Shown here: positions 9,719 through 29,467 of the stretch, one piece after another
How positions within the stretch are numbered: the stretch's first letter is position 1
Layout: every line of letters starts with the position of its first letter
Origin: Candidatus Dormiibacterota bacterium
Lineage (GTDB): Bacteria; Chloroflexota; Dormibacteria; Aeolococcales; Aeolococcaceae
Reading direction: 5' to 3'
Length of the DNA: 64,000 bases
NCBI GenBank assembly: GCA_963830305.1
Contig: CAWHLW010000009.1
Location: forward strand, 229,128 to 293,127
Made by a program: the position numbers and the translations under genes
Notes under the pieces: model-generated
What the model was told of the DNA's origin: nothing
Databases searched by the model: none
The model's input: the letters and a program-made list of their open reading frames with translations, nothing else

Positions 9719-10732
9719 CTACTCCTCCTCTTCTTCGGCGGCTTCGGCCGGCGCATCGGTTTTCTTGATGAGCTTCTTGGGGGCGCGTGCGACCGATGCC
9801 GGCTTCTTGGCGGCGACCGGCTTCCGCCGCGCCGGAGCGCGCTTCGGGGTCAGCTTCTCGACCTTCTCGCCAGTCGCAGCCGGGTCCACGCCGGCAGCGG
9901 CGATGACCTCCTCGTCCTCGTCGATCTCGGGGACATCCTCCGTGGGGACGTCCTCGGCCTCGATATCGGGCACCTCGATCGCCTCGGTGACCGCTGCGAC
10001 CTCCTCGGCGGGGGCCTCGGCGACACGGGCGGCGGGCACCGGAACGCGATCCTCGAGGCCGCGGTCCTCGGCACGGTCCTTGCCGGGCGCGATCGGCTCA
10101 CCGGTCGCGGTGACGTAGTCGCCGAGATAGAGCCAGCACTGCACGCCGATGCGTCCGAACGTGGTGCGAGCCTCGGCCTTGCCGTAATCGATGTTGGCGC
10201 GAAGGGTGTGGAGTGGCACCCGGCCGTCGCGATCCCACTCGCGGCGGGACATCTCGGAGCCACCCAACCGGCCGCTCACCTGGATCTTCACGCCCTTGGC
10301 GCCGGCCCGCATGCTGCGCATGAGGGTCTGCTTGAGAGCGCGGCGGAAGGCGATGCGCTTCTCGAGCTGCGAGGCGACGTTCTCGGCGACTAGGGTCGCG
10401 TCGAGCTCGGGAGTCTTGATCTCGTGGATGGTGACGCGCACCTTCTTGCCGGAAATCCGCTCGAGCTCATCGCGCAGCGCATCGACGGACGCGCCCTGCT
10501 TGCCGATCACGATGCCCGGCTTCGCGGTCTGGATGATCACGGTGAGCTGGTTGGCGCTGCGCTCAGTCTCGATGCGTGCCAGGCCGGCGTTGCGCAGGCG
10601 GCTGCCGATGAGGCGTCGCATCGCGATGTCCTCATGGAGGAGCTTCGTGTACTCCTTGTCGGCGTACCACCGCGCGTCCCAGTTCCGGTAGACGCCGAGC
10701 CGGAAACCGATCGGGTTGACTTTCTGACCCAT
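9719..10732 (-). CDS. rpsC: 30S ribosomal protein S3 with ~130-aa acidic-then-basic C-terminal tail
   Basis: 337-aa [42 protein letters not shown]...[13 protein letters not shown]... Confidence 0.93.
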   Translation of the reverse strand: MGQKVNPIGFRLGVYRNWDARWYADKEYTKLLHEDIAMRRLIGSRLRNAGLARIETERSANQLTVIIQTAKPGIVIGKQGASVDALRDELERISGKKVRVTIHEIKTPELDATLVAENVASQLEKRIAFRRALKQTLMRSMRAGAKGVKIQVSGRLGGSEMSRREWDRDGRVPLHTLRANIDYGKAEARTTFGRIGVQCWLYLGDYVTATGEPIAPGKDRAEDRGLEDRVPVPAARVAEAPAEEVAAVTEAIEVPDIEAEDVPTEDVPEIDEDEEVIAAAGVDPAATGEKVEKLTPKRAPARRKPVAAKKPASVARAPKKLIKKTDAPAEAAEEEEE

Positions 10733-11242
10733 CTACTCAGCCTCTTCCGTGGTCGGCTTGGGTGCGCGGCGGCGTGGCGCGCGTGGCTTGGCTGCGGGCG
10801 TCTCAGCACTCGCTGCCGGCGTGGGCGTTGCAGCCGGCGTGACGACCGGCGTCGGCACAACCGTGCGAGGCATCTTCACGGCCTTGCGCTTGCGCACGTT
10901 GGCAGGTGCCTCGTCGTCGGTGACGAATGCGCGCAGGTGGCTCGTCCGCTTGAAGATGCTGCCCGCCATGCCGCGTGGCTTGGCGCGCCACCGCTTGATG
11001 ATCATGGCGCCGTCAACCTCCACGCGCGCGACCCGCAGGGACGACGCGTCAAGGTTGTAGTTGTGCTCGGCGTTGGCCGCCGCCGACTTGATCACCTTGG
11101 CGATATCCGAGGCAGCCGAGCGCGGCGAGTAGTTGAGCACGACCAGTGCCTCGGCAACGGGCAAACCGGTGACCATCGCCGAGACGAGGCGTGCTTTGCG
11201 AGCGGTGGTGCGAACCCATTTCGCGGTTGCGACAACTTCCAT
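10733..11242 (-). CDS. rplV: 50S ribosomal protein L22 with ~55-aa Pro/Ala/Thr-rich tail
   Basis: 169-aa ORF MEVVATAKWVRTTARKARLVSAMVTGLPVAEALVVLNYSPRSAASDIAKVIKSAAANAEHN... Confidence 0.93.
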   Translation of the reverse strand: MEVVATAKWVRTTARKARLVSAMVTGLPVAEALVVLNYSPRSAASDIAKVIKSAAANAEHNYNLDASSLRVARVEVDGAMIIKRWRAKPRGMAGSIFKRTSHLRAFVTDDEAPANVRKRKAVKMPRTVVPTPVVTPAATPTPAASAETPAAKPRAPRRRAPKPTTEEAE

Positions 11243-11248
11243 CTCGTC

Positions 11249-11533
11249 CTACTTCAGCGCCGTGCTGCGTTCGGTGTGGTGCCCGTGGCCGCGATAGCGG
11301 CGGGTGTGAGCGAACTCACCGAGCTTGTGGCCGACCATCGTCTCGGTGATGAGCACCGGGACGTGCTTGCGTCCGTCGTGCACCGCGATGGTGTGACCGA
11401 CCATCTCCGGGAAGATGTCGCTGCGGCGCGACCAAGTCTTGATGATCCGCTTCTCGCGCGACATGTTGAGCTGCTGCACCTTCTTGAGAAGGTGGTCATC
11501 GCAGAACGGTCCTTTCTTGAGCGAGCGACCCAT
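11249..11533 (-). CDS. rpsS: 30S ribosomal protein S19
   Basis: 94-aa [22 protein letters not shown]...[32 protein letters not shown]... Confidence 0.95.
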   Translation of the reverse strand: MGRSLKKGPFCDDHLLKKVQQLNMSREKRIIKTWSRRSDIFPEMVGHTIAVHDGRKHVPVLITETMVGHKLGEFAHTRRYRGHGHHTERSTALK

Positions 11534-11535
11534 GG

Positions 11536-12360
11536 TTACTTGTCCCGCCGGCGCACGATCATCCGATCAGTGCTCTTGTTGTGACGGGTGCGATAGCCGA
11601 GCGCGGGCTTGCCCCATGGGGTCTGCGGGTTGCCACCCGCACCGCTCCGTCCTTCGCCGCCGCCGTGAGGATGATCGAAGGGGTTCATGGTCATGCCACG
11701 AACCGACGGGCGAATGCCCCGCCATCTCGACTTCCCGGCCTTGCCGACCACCTCGTTCTCGTGGTCGACGTTGCCGACCTGACCGATGGTGGCGCGGCAG
11801 CGGACGTCGATGAGGCGGACCTCGCCGCTGGGCATGCGCACCTGCGCGTAGGAACCTTCCTTGGCGAGCAACTGCGCGGCTGTCCCGGCGCTGCGCACCA
11901 GCTGGGCTCCGCGACCGAGCTTGACCTCGAGGTTGTGGATCGTGGTACCGAGCGGAATGTTCGTGATCGGCAGTGCGCAGCCGGGACGGATCTCGGCGGT
12001 GCCGCCGGAGCTGACCACGTCACCGACCGCGAGGCCGTGCGGCGAGAGGATGTACCGCTTGTCGCCGTCCGCATAGACGATGAGCGCGATGCGCGCACTG
12101 CGGTTGGGGTCGTACTCGATCGTCTTCACCGTGCCGGGGACGCCGTCCTTCTGGCGCTTGAAGTCGATGAGCCGGTACGTCTTCTTGTGACCACCGCCCT
12201 GGTGACGCACGGTGATACGTCCCGACGCGTTGCGCCCGCTGTGCTTCTTGAGGTGCTCGACGAGCTGGCGCTGCGGCGCGCTCTTGGCCACGCCCTCGAA
12301 GCCGCTCACCGACATGAATCGGCGGCCGGGGCTCGTCGGCTTGTATTTCTTGGTAGGCAC
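11536..12360 (-). CDS. rplB: 50S ribosomal protein L2
   Basis: 274-aa ORF ...[28 protein letters not shown]...[15 protein letters not shown]... Confidence 0.95.
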   Translation of the reverse strand: MPTKKYKPTSPGRRFMSVSGFEGVAKSAPQRQLVEHLKKHSGRNASGRITVRHQGGGHKKTYRLIDFKRQKDGVPGTVKTIEYDPNRSARIALIVYADGDKRYILSPHGLAVGDVVSSGGTAEIRPGCALPITNIPLGTTIHNLEVKLGRGAQLVRSAGTAAQLLAKEGSYAQVRMPSGEVRLIDVRCRATIGQVGNVDHENEVVGKAGKSRWRGIRPSVRGMTMNPFDHPHGGGEGRSGAGGNPQTPWGKPALGYRTRHNKSTDRMIVRRRDK

Positions 12361-12681
12361 TTAGACGCCCTCGAAAAGGCCTTCGATCTTCTGGCCTGCG
12401 CCGAGAGTCACGATTGCCTTCTTCCAGTCGGGGCTCTGTCCGAGCACCCGCGTCTGCCCGCGCGAGCGGCGTCGCTTCTTGCCGCTCACGTTGATGGTGT
12501 TCACGTCGATGACGGTGATCTTCTGGTCGGCAAACGCCTCTTCGAGCGCGCGCCGGATCTGGATCTTCGTCGCCGACGGATGGCAGCGGAACACGTAGCG
12601 GCCCGCGGCCATCGATGCGTACGACTTCTCGCTGATCACCGGCAGCACCAGCACCTGGTCGAAGCTGCGCCCGGCGGTCAC
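12361..12681 (-). CDS. rplW: 50S ribosomal protein L23
   Basis: GTG at 12681 (GTGA overlap with the rplD stop) gives [50 protein letters not shown]... The longer 231-aa ORF N-terminus is Arg-rich shadow. Confidence 0.88.
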   Translation of the reverse strand: MTAGRSFDQVLVLPVISEKSYASMAAGRYVFRCHPSATKIQIRRALEEAFADQKITVIDVNTINVSGKKRRRSRGQTRVLGQSPDWKKAIVTLGAGQKIEGLFEGV

Positions 12682-13301
12682 GAGAACGCCTCCTCGATGT
12701 GCTCGATGGCGTCGCGCGTCACGATCACGGTGTCCGCGCCGATGATGTCGCGGACCGAGAGATTGCCGGCGAGGATGAGGCGCACCTCGGGGATGTTGCG
12801 AGCGCTCTTCTCGAGCATCTCGTTGTGCGACCCGAGCACGACGAGCACGCGTCGCGGCGAGTCGACACCGCGAATGAGGTCGGCAACCGCACGGGTGCGC
12901 GGGGCCTCGAGCTCGAAGCCTTCGAGCACGAGCAGGCCGCCGTCCTGCGCCTTGGCCGAGAGCGCGCTGCGAAGCGCGAGCCGGCGCTGCTTGCGGGGCA
13001 TGTCGATCCGGTAGGAGCGCGGATGCGGACCGAACACGATGCCGCCGCCCTCCCACTGTGGCGACCGCGTCGAACCCTGGCGGGCGCGCCCGGTTCCCTT
13101 CTGGCGGTACGGCTTGCGTCCACCGCCGCGGACATCGCTGCGCGTCTTGGTGGATGCCGTGCCCTGACGGCCGTTGGCGAGTTGACGGATCAACGCCTGG
13201 TGCATCACGGGCTCGTTCGGTTCGATGCCGAAGATCGCCTCGGGGAGCTCGACGCTGCCGGTCTCGACGCCGGTCTGGTCGACGACGCGCGCCGTGCTCA
13301 T
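12678..13301 (-). CDS. rplD: 50S ribosomal protein L4
   Basis: 207-aa ORF ...[45 protein letters not shown]... Confidence 0.95.
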   Translation of the reverse strand: MSTARVVDQTGVETGSVELPEAIFGIEPNEPVMHQALIRQLANGRQGTASTKTRSDVRGGGRKPYRQKGTGRARQGSTRSPQWEGGGIVFGPHPRSYRIDMPRKQRRLALRSALSAKAQDGGLLVLEGFELEAPRTRAVADLIRGVDSPRRVLVVLGSHNEMLEKSARNIPEVRLILAGNLSVRDIIGADTVIVTRDAIEHIEEAFS

Positions 13302-13939
13302 GCCTGCTCTCCGATCGTCGCCGAGCGGTCGCTGTCGCGAACCATGACCACCTGGTTCTTGTGCCCGGGAACCGACCCGTGCACGAGCAGCAGATTGCGC
13401 TCGGTGTCGACGCGCACGACCTCGAGGTTGCGCACGGTGATCTGCGTTGCGCCGTGCTGTCCGGCCATCTTCAGGCCCTTGAACACGCGCGCAGCGTCGG
13501 TGGAACCGATCGATCCCGCCTGCTTGATGTTGTGCGATCCGTGCGACACCGGGCCTCGGTGGAAGTTGTGGCGCTTGTGCTGTCCCGAGAACCCCTTGCC
13601 CTGGCTCACGCCGGTGACATCGATGCGCTGTCCCTCGGTGAACATGTCCACCGTGAGCCGTGCGCCCACCGTGACGTCACCAGGGTCGCGCAGCTCTTTC
13701 AGGCGCGTTTGGGGTTGCAGACCGGCACGCTTGAAGTGACCGCGCATCGGCTTGGGGGTGCGCTTCACCGCCTTGTCGCCGAAGCCGAGTTGCACCGCCT
13801 CGTACCCATCCGAGCCCACCGTCTTGCGCTGCACGACGCGGCACGAGTCCGCCTCGAGCACCGTGACGGGGACCGACGTTCCCTGCGGTGTGAAGATCTG
13901 GGTCATGCCCACCTTGCGCGCGAGAATGCCTTTGCTCAC
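13298..13939 (-). CDS. rplC: 50S ribosomal protein L3
   Basis: 213-aa [33 protein letters not shown]...[21 protein letters not shown]... Confidence 0.95.
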   Translation of the reverse strand: MSKGILARKVGMTQIFTPQGTSVPVTVLEADSCRVVQRKTVGSDGYEAVQLGFGDKAVKRTPKPMRGHFKRAGLQPQTRLKELRDPGDVTVGARLTVDMFTEGQRIDVTGVSQGKGFSGQHKRHNFHRGPVSHGSHNIKQAGSIGSTDAARVFKGLKMAGQHGATQITVRNLEVVRVDTERNLLLVHGSVPGHKNQVVMVRDSDRSATIGEQA

Positions 13940-14241
13940 AGCTTGATCTCGATGTTGACGCCGCTTGGGAGGTTGAGGCGCATGAGCGCATCGACCACCT
14001 TGGGGTTGGCGTCGAGGATGTCGAGGATCCGCTTGTGGGTGCGCATCTCGAACTGCTCGCGTGAGTCCTTGTCGATGAATGGCGAGCGCACCACGGTGTA
14101 CTTGTTGATGGTGGTCGGCAGCGGCACCGGTCCAGCAACACGCGTGCCCGTGCGCGTGGCCGTCTCAACGATCTTGGACGCGGCCTGGTCGAGGACGCGG
14201 TGATCGTATGCCTTGAGGCGGATGCGAATCTTCTGGGGCAC
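13936..14241 (-). CDS. rpsJ: 30S ribosomal protein S10
   Basis: 101-aa [46 protein letters not shown]... Confidence 0.95.
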   Translation of the reverse strand: MPQKIRIRLKAYDHRVLDQAASKIVETATRTGTRVAGPVPLPTTINKYTVVRSPFIDKDSREQFEMRTHKRILDILDANPKVVDALMRLNLPSGVNIEIKL

Positions 14242-14279
14242 GGTGTTGGTGTGGTTCCTCTGCTCTGCTTATCGAGTGT

Positions 14280-15470
<1,191 letters not shown>

Positions 15471-15512
15471 TTCGTGCCTCTACTTAACTCCTGCTCTCTC
15501 CGACGATCTCAA

Positions 15513-17600
15513 TTACACCCTGGCTTTGGCGACGAGCTCTTCGGCGAGGCTCGCTGGAAGCTGCTGATAATGATGGAATTCCATGCTGTAGTTGGCCCTG
15601 CCCTGGGTCATGCTGCGCAGGTCCGTGGAGTAGCCGAACATCGCCGACAGCGGAACCTCGGCGTGAACGATATGCGATGTCGCTCGGCCTTCCATGCCGA
15701 GGATCTGGCCGCGGCGCCCGGAGAGATCCCCCATGACGTCGCCCATGAACTCCTCGGGCATGAAGACATCGACGCGCATGATCGGTTCGAGCAGCACGGG
15801 CTTCGCCTTGCGGACGCCGTCCTTGAACCCCATCGACCCGGCGATCGAGAACGCCTGCTCGGACGAGTCGACGTCGTGGTACGAGCCGTCGACCAGGGTC
15901 ACCTTGACGTCGACGACGGGATAGCCGGCGAGCACGCCGTTGGAGAGCGAGTTCGCGATACCGCGACCGGTCGGCGCGATGTATTCCCGAGGGATCGAGC
16001 CGCCCGTGATCTTGCTGACGAACTCGAATCCCTTGCCGGGGTTGGGCTCGATCTCGAGCTCCACGTGGCCGTACTGACCGTGACCACCGGACTGGCGGAC
16101 GAAGCGCCCCGTGCCGTGCGCCTTCTGGGTGACCGTCTCGCGGTACGACACCTGCGGCTTGCCGACGCTCGCGTCGACCTTGAACTCGCGGAGCATGCGG
16201 TCGACGATGATCTCGAGGTGGAGCTCGCCCATGCCCGAGATGACCGTCTGTCCGGTCTCCTCATCGGTGCGCACGCGGAAGGTCGGGTCTTCCTCAGCGA
16301 GCTTCTGGAGCGCGATCCCCATCTTGTCCTGCTCGGCCTTGGTCTTGGGTTCGACGGCGACCGAGATGACCGGCTCCGGAAAGGTGATCTGTTCGAGGAC
16401 GATCGGGTACTTCTCGTCGCAGAGCGTGTCACCCGTGGTGGTCTTGCGGAGCCCGATGGCGGCGGCGATGTCGCCGGCGCGCACCTCCTCGATTTCCTCG
16501 CGGTGGTTCGCGTGCATCTGGAGCAGACGGCCGACGCGCTCGCGCTCGCCCTTGGTGGCGTTGTAGACGTACGAGCCGCTGCGCAGCACGCCGCTGTAGA
16601 CCCGGAAGAAGGTGAGCTTGCCGACGAAGGGGTCGGTCGCGATCTTGAACGCGAGGGCAGCAAAGGGCTCGGAGTCCGAGGCATTGCGCACCACCGCGGT
16701 CTCGCCCTCGGCGGCGGCGCCCTCCACCGACGGACGGTCGAGCGGCGACGGGAGGAAGTCGACGACGGCGTCGAGCATCGGCTGCACGCCCTTGTTCTTG
16801 AGCGCTGAGCCGCAGAGCACCGGGACGAGCTTGGTGCCGACGGTGCCGGCGCGCAGGCCGCGAATGATGTCCTTGGTGGTCAGGGTCTCGCCGTCGAGGT
16901 ACTTGATCATCAGCTCGTCGTCGGACTCGGCGACGGCCTCGAGCAGGTCGTGACGGTACTGGGCCACCAGCTCGCGCATCGACTCCGGGATCTCCGAGCG
17001 GCGCAAGCTCGTCCCGAGATCGTCGGTGTAGATGATCGCCTCCTCGGTGACGAGGTCGACCATCCCCCTGAACTCCGACTCGGCTCCGATGGGGAGCTGG
17101 ATCGGTACCGCGTGAGCACCCAGGCGCTCCTTGATGGACGTCACCGCGGCATAGAAGTTGGCGCCGATCCGGTCCATCTTGTTGATGAAGCAGATGCGCG
17201 GCACCTCGTAGCGATCAGCCTGGCGCCAGACGGTTTCCGACTGGGGCTCCACGCCCGCCACTGCGTCGAAGACCGCCACGGCTCCGTCAAGGACGCGAAG
17301 GCTCCGCTCCACCTCGACGGTGAAGTCCACGTGCCCGGGCGTATCGATAATGTTGATTCGATGGCCGCGCCACTCGGCAGCCGTCGCCGCCGACGTGATG
17401 GTGATCCCGCGCTCCTGCTCCTGGACCATCCAGTCCATGGTCGCGGCGCCCTCGTGGACCTCGCCCATCTTGTGGATGCGGCCGGTGTAGAAGAGGACGC
17501 GCTCGGTCGTCGTGGTCTTGCCCGCGTCGATGTGGGCCATGATCCCGATGTTCCGGGTCTTCTCGAGGGGGAATGCGCGCGCCGCCACAGCAACCGACAT
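15513..17600 (-). CDS. fusA: Elongation factor G
   Basis: 695-aa ORF ...[26 protein letters not shown]...[23 protein letters not shown]... Confidence 0.97.
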   Translation of the reverse strand: MSVAVAARAFPLEKTRNIGIMAHIDAGKTTTTERVLFYTGRIHKMGEVHEGAATMDWMVQEQERGITITSAATAAEWRGHRINIIDTPGHVDFTVEVERSLRVLDGAVAVFDAVAGVEPQSETVWRQADRYEVPRICFINKMDRIGANFYAAVTSIKERLGAHAVPIQLPIGAESEFRGMVDLVTEEAIIYTDDLGTSLRRSEIPESMRELVAQYRHDLLEAVAESDDELMIKYLDGETLTTKDIIRGLRAGTVGTKLVPVLCGSALKNKGVQPMLDAVVDFLPSPLDRPSVEGAAAEGETAVVRNASDSEPFAALAFKIATDPFVGKLTFFRVYSGVLRSGSYVYNATKGERERVGRLLQMHANHREEIEEVRAGDIAAAIGLRKTTTGDTLCDEKYPIVLEQITFPEPVISVAVEPKTKAEQDKMGIALQKLAEEDPTFRVRTDEETGQTVISGMGELHLEIIVDRMLREFKVDASVGKPQVSYRETVTQKAHGTGRFVRQSGGHGQYGHVELEIEPNPGKGFEFVSKITGGSIPREYIAPTGRGIANSLSNGVLAGYPVVDVKVTLVDGSYHDVDSSEQAFSIAGSMGFKDGVRKAKPVLLEPIMRVDVFMPEEFMGDVMGDLSGRRGQILGMEGRATSHIVHAEVPLSAMFGYSTDLRSMTQGRANYSMEFHHYQQLPASLAEELVAKARV

Positions 17601-17601
17601 G

Positions 17602-18072
17602 TCAGTACCGGAAGTGCGAGAAGGCTTTGTTCGACTCGGCCATCTTGTGGGTGTCTTCCTTGCGCTTGATCGACGCGCCCACGCCGTTGGCGGCGTCCAT
17701 CAACTCGCCGGCGAGCTTCTCGGACATGCTCTTGCCGCCCCGGCCCCGCGCGTAGCGGATGATCCAGCGGCGCGCGAGCGCCTGGCGCCGGTCGTGGCGG
17801 ATCTCCACGGGCACCTGGTACGTGGCGCCTCCGACCCGCTTCGGCTTGACCTCGAGGATCGGCGTCACGTTGCGGATCGCCTGGTCGAACACGTCGAGCG
17901 GCTCCTTGCGCGAGGAGCGCCGGATCTTCTCGAACGAGTCGTAGACGATCTTCTCGGCGATGCTCTTCTTACCGGCGAGCATGATGCAGTTCACGAACTT
18001 CGCCAGCCCCACGCTCCCGTAGATCGGGTCGGGGAGGATGACGCGTTTCTGAACGCGGGCACGACGTGGCAT
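17602..18072 (-). CDS. rpsG: 30S ribosomal protein S7
   Basis: 156-aa [47 protein letters not shown]... Confidence 0.95.
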   Translation of the reverse strand: MPRRARVQKRVILPDPIYGSVGLAKFVNCIMLAGKKSIAEKIVYDSFEKIRRSSRKEPLDVFDQAIRNVTPILEVKPKRVGGATYQVPVEIRHDRRQALARRWIIRYARGRGGKSMSEKLAGELMDAANGVGASIKRKEDTHKMAESNKAFSHFRY

Positions 18073-18078
18073 GGGTTT

Positions 18079-18459
18079 CTAGCTCGCCTTTTTCTCGCGC
18101 TTGGCGCCGTACTTGCTGCGCCCCTGCTTGCGATTCTTGGTACCGGCGGCATCCAGCGTTCCCCGGATGACGTGATATCGAACACCCGGGAGGTCGCGGA
18201 CACGGCCGCCGCGGATGAGCACGACCGAGTGCTCCTGGAGGTTGTGGCCGATGCCGGGGATGTAGGCGGTGACCTCGACCTTCGTGGTCAGACGGACACG
18301 GGCCACCTTTCGGAGCGCCGAGTTGGGCTTCTTGGGCGTGGTCGTGTACACGCGAACGCAGACGCCGCGCCGCTGCGGGCATCCCCGAAGCGCGCGGGCC
18401 TTGGTCTTGTGTGTCGGCTTGGTGCGGCCCTTGCGGACCAGCTGCTGAAAGGTAGGCAC
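18079..18459 (-). CDS. rpsL: 30S ribosomal protein S12
   Basis: 126-aa [60 protein letters not shown]... Confidence 0.95.
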   Translation of the reverse strand: MPTFQQLVRKGRTKPTHKTKARALRGCPQRRGVCVRVYTTTPKKPNSALRKVARVRLTTKVEVTAYIPGIGHNLQEHSVVLIRGGRVRDLPGVRYHVIRGTLDAAGTKNRKQGRSKYGAKREKKAS

Positions 18460-18540
18460 GACCGTCCGTTTATTGAGAATGTGCGCCCTGCCACGAAACA
18501 GCGCGCGCGAATACGAGGAAAGCTCGTGGAGCGAAGCGAA

Positions 18541-18570
18541 AGCCTACCAGAGGTTGAGTTCACACGTCAA
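18541..18570 (-). promoter_or_regulatory. Candidate sigma70-type promoter of the str/S10/spc super-operon
   Basis: Minus strand reads TTGACG-N18-TAGGCT (18570..18565 and 18546..18541), about 80 nt upstream of the rpsL ATG. Confidence 0.3.
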
Positions 18571-18807
18571 ACCACGGGGCGGGCTGTGACGTCCCTACCT
18601 CACGCGGCCGCGACACGCGGGCTACGCCTGATACGCTGTCGCTCTTCCAAAAGACGACTCGCCGTCGTCCGTTCGCCAAAGACCGCAGGTGCGGGGCCGT
18701 CCCGCTCAATAGCCTGCGCAGGTGGGCAAGGCTGCCGGAATGCCCCGATGGGCGCACCGCCGCCGTGATCCCGCCAAAGGCGGAGGCACGGCGCGACGGA
18801 GGCAGCA

Positions 18808-19377
18808 ATGGCACCAACCAGTACCGACAAGCCCCAGGTGACGAGGGCTGGAGCGCGCAAGGTCGCTGCGGTGACCCAGCTCGCCAAGATGCTCTCCCGG
18901 TCCACTTCGGCAGTGGTCACCGACTACCGCGGGCTCACGGTCCGGCAGCTCGAGGACCTGCGAGGCCGCCTCCGCGCCGAGGGCATCGACTACATCGTGG
19001 TCAAGAACACGCTCGCGAGGCGCGCGGCGGCGGATGCCGGTGCGGCGGGCTTCGCGGATGTGCTGAGCGGACCGGTCGGCCTGGCGATCGGCTACGGGGA
19101 TCTCTCCGCACCCGCGCGGATCCTGTTCGAGCACTTCCGGAGCACGCGGACCCTGCCGCTCGTCGCCGGCCTCGCGGAAGGCCAGGTCCTCGACGGCAAT
19201 GACGTCCGCACCCTCGCCGAGCTTCCCCCCCGGGATGTGCTCCTCAGCCGCCTCGCCGCGGCGCTGCTCGGACCGCTCTCGACCCTGGCGGGAGCGCTCG
19301 ATTCACCACTTTCCACCTTCGCGTCGACCCTCGAGGCCTACCGCGACAAGCTCGCCGCCCAGCCCGGCGCCCTCTGA
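18808..19377 (+). CDS. rplJ: 50S ribosomal protein L10
   Basis: 189-aa ORF ...VTDYRGLTVRQLEDLRGRLRAEGIDYIVVKNTLARRA... GGAGG 7 nt upstream of the ATG; followed by rplL. Confidence 0.93.
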   Translation: MAPTSTDKPQVTRAGARKVAAVTQLAKMLSRSTSAVVTDYRGLTVRQLEDLRGRLRAEGIDYIVVKNTLARRAAADAGAAGFADVLSGPVGLAIGYGDLSAPARILFEHFRSTRTLPLVAGLAEGQVLDGNDVRTLAELPPRDVLLSRLAAALLGPLSTLAGALDSPLSTFASTLEAYRDKLAAQPGAL

Positions 19378-19418
19378 TCTGATTCCAAGCCCTTCAAGAA
19401 TTTATTCAGGAGAACCAA

Positions 19419-19805
<387 letters not shown>

Positions 19806-20036
19806 CTCTCGTCAGAACTCACCGAGCGAGGCGATCCCGGCTCCCTGGAGCCGGACGCTTCAAATCGGGCGTGGACGGGTAAAGTCGAATTACCCAGTTC
19901 AAGCCCGAGTCAAAAGCGCGCCAATCGCTCCGACCGGGCTGCGAAGGCCGATTTCCGCCGGTTTTTGCTACGATACGGGATTGTGCCCGTCGCCGCGCGT
20001 GCCCGCGCGCATTCCTTCTCGGGGGAACTTTAGCAT

Positions 20037-27819
<7,783 letters not shown>

Positions 27820-27846
27820 ACGGGCTGCTGCAGCGCAGACAGCACT

Positions 27847-27886
27847 CACGATCCGGTGACGGCTTCACGGCTGTTACCGGATCGTG
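27847..27886 (+). terminator. Candidate rpoC terminator hairpin
   Basis: 11-bp perfect stem cacgatccggt...accggatcgtg with an 18-nt loop, 28 nt after the rpoC TAG. No U-tract. Confidence 0.4.
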
Positions 27887-27923
27887 AACTGATGCGTCGC
27901 AGCCGGGGGCTAGGCTTTGCCCG

Positions 27924-28247
27924 ATGCTCCTTCTCCTCGCGGCGGCTTCGCACGCAACGAAATCCGGATCCATCCCCGGAGACGTCTATCTCGCCGCCAC
28001 CGGCGCGCTCGTCTGCTGGGTGGTCGTCTATCTCATCTATAAGGTCGTGATGACGGGTCGCAAGGACTTCGGCATGCCGGTGAAACGCCGGCTGCTCTGC
28101 AAGCACCTGCGCGTCGACCACGATCAGAGCGCCGAGGTGCCGATCTGGTGGACCGACCTCCAGGTGCAGCGGGCGGTACGCGCCCACTGGCGGCACACGC
28201 TGCGCCTCCCCTTCGGGACGGCACCAGAGCCACGACCCCAGTTGTAG
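27924..28247 (+). CDS. Hypothetical small membrane protein
   Basis: 107-aa ORF with one hydrophobic span (VYLAATGALVCWVVVYLIYKVV). No recognisable family. Sits between the terminator hairpin and the next gene. Confidence 0.3.
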   Translation: MLLLLAAASHATKSGSIPGDVYLAATGALVCWVVVYLIYKVVMTGRKDFGMPVKRRLLCKHLRVDHDQSAEVPIWWTDLQVQRAVRAHWRHTLRLPFGTAPEPRPQL

Positions 28248-28363
28248 CGGTCTCGCACAGACCTGTGACGAGGACGTGCGAATTGACGCGATCAGGGACT
28301 ATGAACGTCTAGTCGCGATCGACCGCGGGCCCCAAACGGGCACGCCTCGGAGGTGCTGACCAC

Positions 28364-29461
28364 TTGGCTCGGGTACTCGTCGCCGAAGATGACGGGCTGA
28401 CACGCCGTTTCATCCAGGAGACGCTCGAGTTCGCCGGCCACGACGTGACCGTGGTCACCAACGGCGCGGAGGCGATCAGCAGCATCGACACCCCGGGCTG
28501 CTTCGATGCGGTGATCACCGACTACGCGATGCCGCATGCGAGCGGCGTCGACCTCATCGCCCACGCCCAGCGCGTGGATCCGATGATCTCGTGCATCGTC
28601 GTCACCGCGTTTCGCGACCTCGACCTTGCCATGCAGGCGATGCAGGCAGGCGCGGTCGCCTTCATCCCCAAGCCGTTCAAGACGATGCACCTGCTCACCG
28701 TGGTGGACCGCGCACTCGAACGTCGCGACCTCGCCGACGAAGCACTCCGCCTGCGCTTTCTCGCTCCGATGCTCGAGCGGTTCACGATGGTGCTCGCCAA
28801 TGCGCTCGAGTCCAAGGACTACGAGACGCAGGAGCACTCGACCCGTCTGGTCGGGATGTCAGATGCGATCGCCCGGCATCTCGGGCTTAACGAGGGTGCC
28901 CGCAGCGTCATCCGATTCGGCGCCTGCCTCCACGACATCGGCAAGGTCGCGGTTCCCGAGGCGCTGCTGCGCAAACCCGAGGCGCTGACCCCCGAGGAAC
29001 GCGCCATCGTGCGCACCCACCCTGAAGTCGGCGCGGCGATCCTTGCCGACATCGACACCTGGGAAGATGTCCGGCTCATCGTTCGTCATCACCATGAGCA
29101 CTTCAACGGCGGCGGATACCCCGACGGACTCCGCGGTGATCAGATTCCACTGGGTGCGCGGATCGTCTCGGTGGTCGACGCCTTCGACGTCATGCGCACC
29201 GGACGGCCTTACCAGGCCGCCCGCTCGTACGAGTGGATCCTCGAGGAGCTGCAGCGCGAGAGCGGCAGACAGTTCGACCCGGACATGGTCGCGGCGCTGA
29301 TGGCCGTCATGCCCACCGAGGGCACCACCATCGCCCTCCCACCGCTCGATCTGCAGCCGGACCGCCGCGCCGCAGTGGGGCGACGCCAGAATGACGTCGC
29401 CATCGAGGCGTGGCTGCGCGGCGACACCGCGCTCATCCGCAAGCCGATCCTGCCGGTCTGA
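28364..29461 (+). CDS. Response regulator with HD-GYP domain (predicted c-di-GMP phosphodiesterase, RpfG-like)
   Basis: 365-aa ORF (TTG start, GGAGG upstream). REC: RVLVAEDDGL...AVITDYAMPHASG...PKPF. HD-GYP: HSTRLV...CLHDIGKVAVP...HHHEHFNGGGYPDGL. Confidence 0.88.
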   Translation: MARVLVAEDDGLTRRFIQETLEFAGHDVTVVTNGAEAISSIDTPGCFDAVITDYAMPHASGVDLIAHAQRVDPMISCIVVTAFRDLDLAMQAMQAGAVAFIPKPFKTMHLLTVVDRALERRDLADEALRLRFLAPMLERFTMVLANALESKDYETQEHSTRLVGMSDAIARHLGLNEGARSVIRFGACLHDIGKVAVPEALLRKPEALTPEERAIVRTHPEVGAAILADIDTWEDVRLIVRHHHEHFNGGGYPDGLRGDQIPLGARIVSVVDAFDVMRTGRPYQAARSYEWILEELQRESGRQFDPDMVAALMAVMPTEGTTIALPPLDLQPDRRAAVGRRQNDVAIEAWLRGDTALIRKPILPV

Positions 29462-29467
29462 CCTCGC

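Noticed and set aside
2215-13056. Over-long ORF-track models: 2215..3225 (336 aa), 4136..5383 (415 aa), 8245..8724, 8878..9756 (292 aa) and 12361..13056 (231 aa) taken as single proteins.
   Set aside because: The N-terminal portions are Arg/Pro-rich shadow sequence overlapping upstream genes. Internal ATG/GTG starts at ATGA/GTGA junctions give normal adk, rplO, rplN, rpmC and rplW products.
19836-19875. Possible third, degenerate copy of the REP-like element in the rplL-rpoB spacer (gatcccggctcc...gcttcaaatcgg), and a 7-bp hairpin ccggctc-cctg-gagccgg as an attenuator.
   Set aside because: Only two ~12-nt blocks match, and an unrelated insert separates them. In GC-rich DNA this could be chance. 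The hairpin is short and has no U-tract. I did not call either.
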